Source of the DNA: Epiperipatus broadwayi
Taxonomy: Eukaryota; Animalia; Onychophora
Reading direction: 5' to 3'
Assembly (NCBI GenBank): GCA_028023455.1
Contig: JAQFVV010000001.1
Location: 30,442,001 to 30,506,000 of the forward strand
DNA length: 64,000 nt
Below are positions 40,801-52,330 of this stretch, one piece after another; position 1 is the stretch's first letter, and every line of letters starts with the position of its first letter. Both the position numbers and the translations under genes were made by a program. The notes below the pieces were generated by a model. It searched no databases. It saw only the letters and a list, made by a program, of their open reading frames with translations, and was not told the DNA's origin.

Positions 40801-43163
40801 GAATTCAGTCATAATCAGACTCACAGCTGTGTTCCATTTTTAATGATACAAATAAAGGGGGCATAGTGGGGTAATGAAAGACATCCTTTCCAAAAGCACA
40901 TAAATCAATGAGCATATAAAAAATTAGCAAAGGTTTATTATGATTAATGTATAAGTTATTATAAGTTAAGTATATAGCATCATCTGCAGTAATCATAAAG
41001 TCAACAGTCAGTCATTGTGACTGGATTTAAAAGTGACAGTTTAAAATCTGAAATGAATCATTTTCTAGCCAATGCTAAACTAAAGGCATAATCTAAAAGA
41101 AATAATTAATATTTATTTATATGCACATAATTTAAGTACTAAAAATATGTACAATACTAAACAGTAAAATAATGTGATTATGATGTCATTCAGATCATCA
41201 TCAATGCTCTGACCATATGGTGTCATGAGTGTACTGGTTGTCTGTCTATAAACTAATATGGTATCATGAATGTAGTAGCCATTTATAAACTAATTTCAAA
41301 ATTATAAAATAAAGTGGATTTTAAAGGTGATCTTTACCTTTGCACTATCCAGAGAATTATCTGGATGGATACCCTCGCACATATATTCATATCTTGTAAA
41401 CTCTTATACTCAAAACTAGGGTTTGGGGTCACAAGGACTCTAGGGATTGTGACCGTGAACAAAAGAAAATAGAGATGTATAAACTTATTCTAATACTAAA
41501 TAATTGTACTGTGGTCATCTACATATCTCTTAAAACAGTTCTATGATTAAATCAGTCATATACACAACTACTTCACTGAACAGATAGCTGGAAGAATGAA
41601 AATATCAATAAATAAAATAATTTCAGAAACTATTATATTTAAATTATTATATAATAAAGTTAAATAGTAATTATAAATAAAAATCTACAGATAAAATTAT
41701 AATGACAAACCCAAAGTTATCACATAATTTGTACACTTCATATGATTTTATATAACAAATATATTATTTCCTGCTGATTTTTATTAATTAACTAAGATTT
41801 AATCTAACTGAATTATTCCCCTTTATAATAATCACTCTCTCCTCCCCCAAATATTTTGCAGGAAAAATTATAACTTTAACTTAAACCTTTTTCCTGATTT
41901 CTTTTTAAAATGGGAAGATTCCACACCATTTTGAAACAAAAACATTATTTCAATCAAGCAATAACAACAACAAAAAAACTCGTTATGCTAAATAATATTT
42001 TCTTTTTAAAATAATGTTTGTAACTGTAAATGTGTACACATTACTATACCTCTTTGTTATAGCCATAGCTTTTCTTTCTTTTAGTCCTTTTATAATTATA
42101 GTTAAAACAATTTCTTTCATGTTAGCTTTTTTTTTTTTTGCTAGCTTCCAAGTTTCTAATTGAATAATTATTCCATTCCAGATTGTCAGGTTTCTAGATA
42201 CATTTTCTTCTTGTAACTTCAGATTTCAGTTTTGTAAGTATTTACTTTCAGATGAACACAAATTTCAGATTAATAATCATTTTCATTCCAAGTTCTTCTA
42301 TTAACTTTTCTTATAGCCCTAAGTTTTAAATAATCAAGCATTTTAATTTCAAGATGACATTGGATTCAGTTTAGCAATTGTTTTCTTTTAGGTTAGCTTC
42401 TTCTTGTAGCCCCAAGTTTCCAGTATTATAATTTCTATGCCAGGATAATATAAGTTGACACAATCATGAATTTGGATGGATTAATACAGTGATGGTGAAT
42501 CGATGGCATGTGTGCCAGAGGTGGCACATTTAAATTTTTACTGGCACATAAACTATTCACATAATTATTCAATATTTTTTTTGTTGCTAAAATCTGTACT
42601 AATAAAAATTTACTGTAAATTAAAGATAAAATAAATAAATATTATATTATATTAGAATTCAATTTACAATTCAACTCTGATTAGAAGCAATAAATTACAA
42701 AATTTGAAGCAAAAAAAAAAAGTATATATATATGTGAATGATATTTTAAGTTAAATAAAGTGGTACTGGTATACTATGGTATCATATTCTAAAAACCTGT
42801 CAAATAATTCCATTAAAACTGAAAAGTAAAATCAATAAAATATTTTATAACTCTTTGAAGTAAATTTTTTCAAATCTAAAGTAAAAGTAATAAAATGTTT
42901 TGTCCTAATCTTTTTTGATCTAAACATGTTGACACCATTCATTTTTTTAATGTAATCAAAATTGCGAAGAAAGGAAAGAGAAGAAAGGAAAGGAAATGCG
43001 TAAATCAACATCATCAAGTGATGTTTTTTTTTTTTTGCTTGGAAGTTTTACTATAAAAGTGAAATGTAAGGATAATAATATATTTTAATAAATCTTTGAT
43101 TTATAAAATTATTAAAGCTCATTTAAATTGACTTTTAAATAAATTTGTTACCATTATTTTAAT

Positions 43164-45085
43164 ATGAGTAGTGAAAATAAAAACAAAAATTTGCAAGCAG
43201 TAGAGAATTTCAAAATTGGTGGACTGATGAATATGGAATGATTAATAAAGGCACCAATGCAGTATGTATTTTATGTTCCGGAACAGTTGTACTGAGAACA
43301 TCATTGGTAAAATAGCATTATGAGGCCAATCATAAATCACTCTGTGAAAAAAGTAAAGATGAACAAAAAGAATATATTGACCAGGCATATAAAAATATAA
43401 ATATTTAATCAACATTTGTAATAAATTTATTGAAAATTGTTCAGATATAACTACTGCTAGTTTTTTATTTCAAATATAATTACCAAGGGAAACCTTTTAT
43501 TGATGGAGAATATATGAAAGAAGCTTGGATGAAGTGTGCACCAGTTCTTTTTGAAAATTTTGAAAACAAAGCAAATATTATTCAGAAAATAAGATTTATC
43601 ATTGGCTAGAAGTACAGTTAATGAAAGAATCCTGAAAATGGCTGACAACGTAACTTACCAGCAGAAAAGAGATATAAAATCTAGTTTAATTTCTCTCTGC
43701 CTTGATGAAAGTACAGGCATAAGTGGATCAGCTTGTTTGGTTATTTTTATTTGTGATTGTGTTGGGAATAATATCAAAGAAGAATTGATTGGTTTAACCT
43801 CATTAGTAACAACAACAAAAGGAACAGATATTTGCAATGATGTTTCAAATGTACTCGCTGAAAAAGAAATAAATGTTGCCAAAATTGTATCAGTAACTAC
43901 AAATGGTGCTTGAAGTATGACTGGAAAAGTAAATGATTTTCTCATTTTATTTATCAACCATATTGGACATTTAATTTTGGGTTCTCATTGCATTATACTT
44001 CAGTAAGTTTTATGCCCAAAGGCCAGCTTTAAGCCACTGTACGATGTTATGATCATTGTGATTAAGTTAGTCAAATTCATATCTACACAAACTCTAAATA
44101 AACTAAAAATTTTAAATTTGTTGAGTGATAAGAACTCAGTATACAATGGTTTACTTATGTACAACAATGTCCGGTAGTTAAGTCGAGGAAAAGTTCTTCA
44201 ATGATTCATTGAGTGTTTACATGAAATTAGACTGTTTTTATGTAATGAGAAATCATTGAAATATATAATGAATTAATGGATATTGAATGCCTTTCAAATT
44301 TAAAGTTTTGTACTGATATGTGTTCACATCTAAATGAATTAAATGTGAAACTACAATGTTATTATAAGACAATTGTTATGTTTGATTTGATTTGATCAAA
44401 GCATTTGAAGTTAAATTATAAATTTTCAGCAGTGATGTTATTTCTTATACCTTTAAATATTTTCCAAATATAAAAAAGTTCTTGATTGATTTAGAATCTC
44501 ATTTAAAGCCAGATCAAGTAAAATTGATGCAAGAGTTTTGTGCTATTATTCAATCAATATTTAATTAATCTTCTTACACAGTTCAGACAATTTTTAGAAA
44601 TATCAAAATTTATTTTATATTCAGACATAATATCAATGGATAGTCTCAAGTTAATTTGAAAGATATGGAATTGCAATCAGTCAATTTTCAATATAGTTCT
44701 ATATGGGAACAGAAATTTGTTGGATTGAGGAATGAGTTAGAAACAATGGACATTGATTGATTATTGGCTATATGTAAAAAGAATGCTGAAGAGGAACTAT
44801 TGACTGCTTACAGAGCTATTCCTGAAAGATTTAATTGTTTCAAAAAACTCAATTTTCTCCTCTACATATGCATGTGAATCATTGTTTTTAGAAACGAATT
44901 TAATTAAAAAATAAAAGAAATAGAATGTCAGATTAATCTAGTTTTTTTTTTTTTTTTTATTAAGGAAAAAAGAAATGCGGGTGACTGATTAATCTAGTTC
45001 AGTATGTACATTATTAAAAGTGACAAAATATGAATCAGATATAAAACATTTAGTATCCAATGTATACCAACAAAAATCTCATTAA
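43164..45085 (+). pseudogene. hAT transposase pseudogene (GTF2IRD2/SPIN-like)
   Basis: ATG at 43164. ORF 43602-43913 has LCLDEST, EELIGL, TTKGTDI and SVTTNGA (catalytic DEST kept, TDGA changed to TNGA, then a stop). C-terminal QQKSH* ends at 45085. Multiple stops and frameshifts. Confidence 0.93.
44944..44986 (-). mobile_element. 43-bp insertion with T-run (poly(A) on minus) inside the transposase
   Basis: Flanked by an exact 13-bp repeat GATTAATCTAGTT at 44931-44943 and 44987-44999. Confidence 0.6.
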
Positions 45086-45246
45086 ATAATATCTATTTAT
45101 GTTGATTTTATATGTTTATTTTAGTTTTAATTAATATTATTTTTGTACTATTACATTTTATTCAACTTGTGCTTTTCTAAATAAATATTGTTCACTTGTA
45201 TTTAGTTTATTTAGAAATTTTGTTTAATTATTATTGTTATTATTAT

Positions 45247-45778
45247 AATAAGTAGATAAGGATTTTATGCACAAACCTTCTGGCATCCATTGATTACTCT
45301 GGGTGGCACTGCTGTATGGAGAGTTTTGCCTGTTTTAATAACAGTAATGTGCTAGCATAAGAAATAGTGATTGTGTGATCTTTAGTGGTTTGACACCAGT
45401 CCTGCTAATGGGATAGTGGTAGCTATGGTTGTTAAAGAGCCAAAGACACCAAAATGTATGGATGCTGAACTGGGTTCAGACCCATATGGCTATATAAGCT
45501 ATTGACTTAGATTGAAAATATTATTTTTTCTAATTTTATTCTCATAGTTTTGTGGTTAAGTGGAGATAAAAGGTGGATGCTAGTGGGTTGCATTAGATCC
45601 TAAGATCTAGGTGCAGTATTCTCAGATCCAAAGCTCCTCACTGACAAAGGCCACAAGCCAGAAACTAGTCTGGGAATATTGAATAAGTAGGCACTAGATA
45701 GGGATTTTATGCACAAGCCTTCTGGCATCCATTTATTATTCTGGTGGCACTGCTGTATGGAGAGTTTTGTCTGTTTTA
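45247..45778 (+). mobile_element. Terminally redundant ~530-bp element with hammerhead motif (Penelope pLTR / retrozyme-like) nested in the hAT 3' end
   Basis: ~90-bp direct repeats (45247-45337 and 45682-45778), TATATAAG at 45491, hammerhead-like motif at 45637-45674, and low-complexity TTATTAT on both flanks. Confidence 0.75.
45637..45674 (+). ncRNA. Minimal type I hammerhead ribozyme, slightly decayed
   Basis: CTCA-CTGACAA-A-GGC-CACAA-GCC-A-GAA-ACTAGT-C-TGGG: stem I, stem II, GAAA, palindromic ACTAGT stem III and a GUC cleavage triplet. One core change (CTGACGA to CTGACAA, CpG-type) and an A-A mismatch at the base of stem II. Confidence 0.75.
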
Positions 45779-46015
45779 TTATTATTTTGTTTTATAAATT
45801 TTTTAAAAAACTGCAATAATTAAGTTGTTTATGTTTTGATTTAATAACTGTATGGCACGCCAATCATTCAATAAATATTTTTTGGGAAATTTTTGGCATG
45901 CACACTTAAAAAGTTTCACAACCATTGGATTAATACATATGGCTTTTTGAAAATTTATTTCTCTCAGGATTATTTTTTTTCTACATTTTTTTTTTTATGA
46001 AATTGGTCATATAAT

Positions 46016-48323
46016 TATATATATATATATTATACCGTCCCCTGTTACCCTTTGCACTGGCTCCCTATTAAACCGTTCCTAAAAGGGATTGTGAGCTCCA
46101 AAACAAACATGATACAGCGTAAAGATTTATTTATTTTTTCTTATATCAATAGTTGTTCATTATCAACACAAGAGGGCGCCAGATACGATGATTTGATTCA
46201 TAATTTAATTTCTCGCATCACCTTACGTCATATCAAAACGATTTTGAAGTCTAATCCCTGCCCATAAGCTCAAACTCCCAGCATGGACCAATAGGGGTCA
46301 CTCAGGGTCGCGATGTGATTGCCTTCAAGATTCTTATTCTGGCAAATGACACAATATTGACCAATGGATAAGAAGATCGGTTGATTAACAGATCGGTCCA
46401 AGCATTGTACGGGATCATTGGTTATTTATAACTAATACGAATGTTCGGTTGAGGCATCATTAGAATAAACAACTAGACGTTTGTAACATCATCCCCCCCT
46501 TTATCATACAATCCAATAGAATTATTTGTACTAGCTCTATTGACATTTACTTATATTTATTAATAATAGGCCCTCCCAACTCTTAAACCTATGTTAACTA
46601 CATAATAAGTAAACATCGTGACTTACGGCACGATGTTTATGAATGAAACTTAAAAGAGATAAAAAAGGACAAAAAAATATAAGAAAGACAAATTTAAAAG
46701 TAAAATAATTAATTGCATGAATAAATGCTAACAATAATAATAACTTCAAAAAAAATATATATTTAATTATAGAAAATGATTTGAGGAATGCTCGACTAGT
46801 TTAAATAAATAAAAAAAATTTATTGATTATAAAAAAAAATGAAAACATTGATTAATAGCTTTATTTGCACGCACATATACGCATTCTCGCACTCATACAG
46901 AAAAGAACATATTATGCATAATAAACATGGCTGATAAAATATATTTCCTCTTATTACATTTTGAAAGTAGGTGAGTGTTATAGTTTATCTGCGAAAGAAA
47001 ATAATAATTCGGATCAAAGTTCATAACTGGAAAAGTCCTAAGATTTAAATATGATGGACTATGTAGCATCTGGTATTTTTATTTACGAAAGTTGTGATTA
47101 AAATAATAAGATTTAATATATGAGAGATTACGGATCATTTTATATTTGATTTACGAAAGTTGAATTTAATTAATTATGAGATTGCCTTTTAAGTTTACGT
47201 AAAGAATGAATGGAAGCATTATAAAAAAAAAAAAAAATGTTTACCTAGGATTTTGCTTAGTCTTCTGCTGCTTCTAATTTGGTGAGGGTTCGAACCTGAT
47301 AGATGATGTTTCCATAATACATGGTTATTCATTTCGTATGAGTTCAGCGTAGTATGTTTGGATGATTCTTGTATATTAAACGGAACAACGTCCTTAGACT
47401 GATTGGAGCACTATGTTCGGACGGTATTGTTGTTGATCATTCATAGCTGTGGAGATGTTCTGGCGGCGGAGCGTCGGTCAATCACTGAAGGGTTTTCTAG
47501 CCCATCATGACGATCGACGCTCTAAATATTAATTTCACAGTGATCATATTGGATAAACCGGATAGCAAAAGAAAAAAAAGTTCTAGTTGTAGCTTCCGGA
47601 GGAATTTTAAAAAAAACTATAAGCAGAAAAAAGTGTACAAAGACTAAGTGTCAAAAGAAAAAATTTAGATTCATATTTATATGGGTTGGTTATTATCTGA
47701 GGATCGAATCTCCACCCAGAGTTCAGTATTCTTTGAGTTGTCGTTGGGGTCCGTGTCCTACGTAATGTCCATTCAATCCATATGCTTGAGGCAATCTTAG
47801 GTTTATGCAATCTCATATTACAATCTCAGTTAGAAAAAGATTCATACTTATTCACACCTTTTATGCATACATGTGTGCGTGTTTTAAGAGAACAATTTAA
47901 CTTACATTAGTTTAAAAGTCGAGCATTTAATCTGTCTCAAAATCACTTCTATAAGCTTTTAACTTTCACTACAGTTATAATCTAAAACAAACCCCTTTTA
48001 ATTATCCCCGCGGCATATACAAGTAGAAATCACTTATTGAGATTTAAAATGGCATATTAGTAGTACTTTATATTTTTTTTTTTGTTTTCTTTTTAGAGAA
48101 TATTATTATAATAGATTATATGAAAGCCTTAATTATTTAATCAGAAATATTAGCATTTTATTTTACAGTGTATTTTATAACGCATTGAAAGAAAACTACA
48201 TTTATTTTTTTTATCATAAGTTGAAAGTGAAAGAAGAGAAAAAATATAGCGTGTTTACATTGCTCGTGTGTGTGCGTATATACCTGTACCGACTTTGTCT
48301 CGGTACAATATATATGTATATTT
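46016..48323. mobile_element. 2.3-kb composite insertion (LTR plus CpG-retaining unclassified sequence)
   Basis: Flanked by TTGGTCATATAAT at 46003-46015 and 48324-48336; absent from repeat copy 1. Hairpins at 46610-46639 and 48285-48307. Confidence 0.7.
46043..46488 (-). mobile_element. Long terminal repeat of an LTR retrotransposon (single copy)
   Basis: Ends TGTTAC...GTAACA. On the minus strand a polypurine tract AAAGGGGGGGATGA (46502-46489) abuts it and AATAAA lies about 90 bp from the far end. No second LTR seen. Confidence 0.75.
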
Positions 48324-49460
48324 TTGGTCATATAATCAGGTTGGTAATGTTCAGCTTTTAACTAAATCATACATAGCACATGGTTCTTGCACATTCCATT
48401 TCAAAATCATTTTTTCAAACTAATAGTAAGTTCTTTTAACTTCAAGCTACCAGGCTTTGTTTCCACTCTTCACCCCACTACAATTGAACTAGACCCTGAA
48501 GTCTACTCGTTTCTGCCAATATTATCTTTTAAAATAACATTGACATCTTCCCATCACAAGATTACTTCCAATTGACAGCATTAAGCTTTGATCATTTGAC
48601 TTTTTTTTTTCCAAAAAAAAAATCTAATTATACCCTAATTATTTAGAAAATCTTATTGTTTTCATTTTTTTTTTTTTGCTAATTTTTTTGAAAAATATAA
48701 TATTATATTTATACATCCATTTGGAAAACACATTTTATTTCTTGAAAGAAAAAAATCCTAATCCTATTTAATTAACTGCTAACAATTTTTTTAAAAAATA
48801 ATATTAATAAAACTTGTTTTTTTTCTTTTGAAAATTGACAAAAACTCTTTTAAATGGTCTACTTATTTTATTTTTTTGTTCAATATATATAATTATACAA
48901 AACTTGCACTACTCAAGTTAATATGAAACAGTAAATATAATACAAGAAGATTCAAGAGCACTGAGTGAGAGCTAGCTTTCGGCAAGTCGCTACCAGAATC
49001 ATAGTGCACAAATTTTATTGAAAAATGTATAATTTTCGAGATTGATATATATAAATAAATAAAATTACTGAAGAGAGAGAAAAGAAATTATCATTTATTT
49101 TAGTCTTTTTAATTAACCTTTTCTCTTTCTTTTACAGCTATTCCTAATAAACATTAAATATTTATATTACTTAAAATGTCTTGAAATGTCACATGATCAC
49201 TTAATGAATGCAATTTTTTTGCTAAATGTAATAACTGTAATCTAGTGAAACTCTTATTTAAAAATTAGGTTATTCTGAAAGTAGCTTGAAAAAAAATAAT
49301 TCTTCTCAATATATATAGTAAATTTTACATTTTATGAGAGTTGTCCATTCTGTTTCTGCTTTAACACATTTTTTTTTTCCAGATTAGGGTATTTATAATT
49401 TTTTTAATATAAAATTTTAACAACTTTCACCCTAATATTTTTTTTTAGGATCATCTAATA

Positions 49461-50503
49461 CAGAGATGGGGAATCTCTGGCTCTTTAATGTTTTCAATAC
49501 TGCCTGTGAACATTTTCAAAAACATATGTAAAATGGCCCTACATAAAACTTCTATTTAAACATAAGTATAGTGCAAATATTGAATTAAGAATTTATTTTC
49601 TCCATAAATATTTTTTATACTCCAACCTTTATAATAATACTCATTTATTCTGTCAGAGATGCAATATTCCAGTAAATTATGAATATTATGTGATCTAACC
49701 ATGGATTTCATCTAAGACACTGAGGGCATTTTCACAGAGGAATGTATACTAGCAAAAATAAAACTCAAATTTTTGTTTTATTATTATTATTTTGCATTTA
49801 TTTTTTATTAGGATTGCTCCACCAAATAAGATAAGAAAAACTGACACAGAAAATTATGCTTTTTAAGAAAAATGGACCAACACATATGTTTTATAGAAAG
49901 AAATAGTAAATTGATGTGCATGATATATCTGGAAAGTATTTATATTAATAAAAGAAGATCATATTAAGAGATGCTGTCAAAATTGCTGGGCAAGAAATAA
50001 ATATTAAAACAGAAAGCCTGAAAAGGAGCTTCATGAAGTAGCTGCCATGTTTCATAAAAATTTGCAAACAAGTCAATAAATTCTGTGAAAACAAATTACA
50101 CTCAAAAAAAACCTACAAGAAAATTCAAAATAATTTTCTGAAGTAGCTGCTATAGAACTAATCTGTCCAGAACATTAAAAATTTATGAATAGAAATATGT
50201 CATGAAGAAGAGTTTACAAGGTTAATTTGAAAAATTGTCATTAAAGGTGGAACAATCACTAATAATAGTGATGTTATTTTATTTTAAATTCACAAAAATT
50301 ATGGCTCTCATTTAAAAAGGAAAAGTTGAAATTGGCCTCAAGGTGAAATGGTTGTTCATCCCTGGTGATTAAGGATAAATTAAATTAAATTTTTGATCAA
50401 ATATCTCTGGCTAATTTTTAAGTCAATAATTTTGTATGGTGTATGCATGACACTATAAATATCCAAATGGCTCTTGGCAGGAAAAAAAGGTTTTCCACCC
50501 CTG
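49461..50503 (+). mobile_element. Internally deleted hAT element (Charlie/Buster-type)
   Basis: TIRs CAGAGATGGGGAATCT / AGGTTTTCCACCCCTG (11/16 match). Exact TSD ATCTAATA at 49453-49460 and 50504-50511. An internal remnant KWTNTYVL/FIERNSKLMCMI resembles the N-terminal zinc finger of these transposases. Confidence 0.9.
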
Positions 50504-50524
50504 ATCTAATACGTAATTTTTTTT

Positions 50525-52330
50525 GGTACTTACTTGTATGACAATCCATCCCACCTGATGGTGGTCATGTTAGCTAAAAGTAGTTTAAAATGTCATTTTT
50601 CAGGCACAACTTCTCAATTGTTAGCAGCAATTGAGTCTTTTGGCTAATGTTAATCTGCCAGTGTGTTTTGCGATCATTTACTCTCGCAATTCACACTTAG
50701 ACAGCCCTATCATTTAGCTTTGATAGGTGTTATTTACCATCTATACAAATTCTGACTCCTAACATGGCATTACTTTTTCATGATAGAGCTTGAATTTTTT
50801 GAATGAATACTATTTATCTAAGATGTGTTAATGGTTTTATTTTTGATCAATGAATGAAGTAGTGTAAGGTCCTGCAAATTTTCCCACCATAACCTAGCTG
50901 TCAACTAACCTGTTCACATGTATGAGTCATCAAATTGGGGGGGGGGTCAGAGATATAGCTGATATCTCATACCTCATGAGATTTTGAGTTCCTGTAAAAA
51001 ATGGCTGCTGCTGAAAATCAAACTTTCCAGTTGTCATTATTGCCCAAGCATCGGCTGTGGTGTTCCTGCAACAGAAAGGAATTATACCATCAGAAAAGAC
51101 ATGTGTTTGCAGTGAGAAGATGGTTTTAAGAGGATATAGGACATATGAGATGGAATGCAGGATGAGTTCTTGTCATCGAAGGTTTCCTGTTCGGAACGGT
51201 ACATGGTTTGATGAATGCAGAATCGAGTTAGTTAAAGCACTGCATGTGATCTACTTTTGGAACAGAGATGAGATGATTATGATCACATTTGTGCAGAGTT
51301 GAATATGTAAGCCCTTTTCGAGCTGTATGAAGAAGGCCTCGTCCATGTCATTTGATTGGTGGTTCCAGCATTGTCGTCAAAGTGGATGAGATGCTTTTTA
51401 GCTGCCACAAGAATAACCAAGGTAGGGTTCTGCTTCAGCAGTGGATTTTTGGCAGTGTATGCCAGCAGACAGGTGAATGTTTTGCGAGGGCTATCCCATC
51501 CTGCTCTGTCAACACACTGTTCGAGTGCATACAGATGAACATCAAGGGTGGATCAAGCATTTATTCTGACTGCTGGATAGGTTATCAAACTTGCGATTTG
51601 GAGGCAGCAGGATATCAACATCTTCGGGTCAACCACAAGTTTAACTTTGTGAACCCTGTGATTGGCGTTCACACGCAGATGATAGAATATCTTTGGAGCA
51701 GTCCCCAATGGCGTAACAAGCAAATACATGAAACACCAAGAACTGGGATTGATAGCTATGTGTCAGACTTCATTTGGCGGCATATGAAAAAGGACAAAGA
51801 CCTGTTCTGTGCCAGCCTAGAAGACATGAGGCTACAGCATTCACAAAATTAGGAATTGTTTGATTTCATTTCTTTGTTTTTTTTTTTATGTTTTGATATA
51901 GTAAAAATAACGTTACTTGCGAATAGCAGTCAATTTTTTTGTTGGTTTAAAATTGCATTATTTTATCGAATGGCAGTGAACTAATATTTATTATTGTTTT
52001 TAAAAAACGTTTGAAAATATAAAAAACCAATATAAAAAAATTATATTGTTTTTGGAAATTAATAAAAAAGTGTTTAAAAAAGTTTTCTGCGTATTTGTTT
52101 ATTTGTTATAATATGTAAATAAAATGTAGTGGCCCAGTAACGTTATATGAAGACATTTTGTTTGAAAAACAACGCCATTGGAAATTAATTAAAAAAAATA
52201 TTTAAAAAAGTTTTTTATGTATTTGTTATAATATGTAAATAAAATGTAATGGCCCAGTAACGTTATATGAACACATTTTGTTTGAAGAACAATGCCATCA
52301 AGTGGGATGGATTGTCATACAAAGATTATC
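50525..52330 (+). mobile_element. Merlin (IS1595/ISXO2-like) DNA transposon
   Basis: TIR core TTGTATGACAATCCATCCCAC(C/T)TGATGG at both ends. The left end starts GGTAC (Merlin GGNRM). T8 on both flanks is consistent with an 8-bp TSD. Two ~120-bp subterminal tandem repeats at 52052-52298. Confidence 0.9.
51001..51852 (+). pseudogene. Merlin DDE transposase, disrupted
   Basis: N-terminal Cys-rich part (CVC...C...C..RFPVRNGTWF) in 51057-51302. The C-terminal ORF 51352-51852 has IGG..IVVKVDE, QWIFG, IYSDCW.GY, VNH..NFVNP..GVHTQMIE.LW, with D-D-E residues kept. Frameshifts near 51050 and 51300-51350. Confidence 0.93.

Larger units (their letters stand above)
42487..45927 (+). mobile_element. Full-length decayed hAT DNA transposon (SPIN/Buster/Charlie-type)
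   Basis: TIRs CAGTGATGGTGAATC / GTTTCACAACCATTG (11/15 match). Exact TSD GATTAATA at 42479-42486 and 45928-45935. Subterminal TGGCA motifs and an internal transposase remnant. Confidence 0.95.
40860..49282. repeat. Copy 2 of the ~2.2-kb repeat, split by nested insertions
   Basis: Homology to 35341-37550 stops at 42486, resumes at 45936, stops at 46015 and resumes at about 48337. Confidence 0.85.

Noticed and set aside
43655-43957. 100-aa minus-strand ORF
   Set aside because: Antisense to the hAT transposase remnant; no independent motif.
47600-47680. Minus-strand SFDT*SLYT resembling the Penelope RT SFDVxSLYT motif
   Set aside because: Single short match with stops; no flanking RT motifs in the expected order.
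48955-49010. CpG-rich CTGAGTGA...GAAT segment as a ribozyme
   Set aside because: Core spacing is wrong and stems are inconsistent. Treated only as part of a small insert in repeat copy 2.
50555-50580. CTGATGG-TGGTC...TAGCT-AAAA hammerhead look-alike
   Set aside because: CTGATGG is part of the Merlin TIR and is mirrored at the right end; the rest of the core does not fit.
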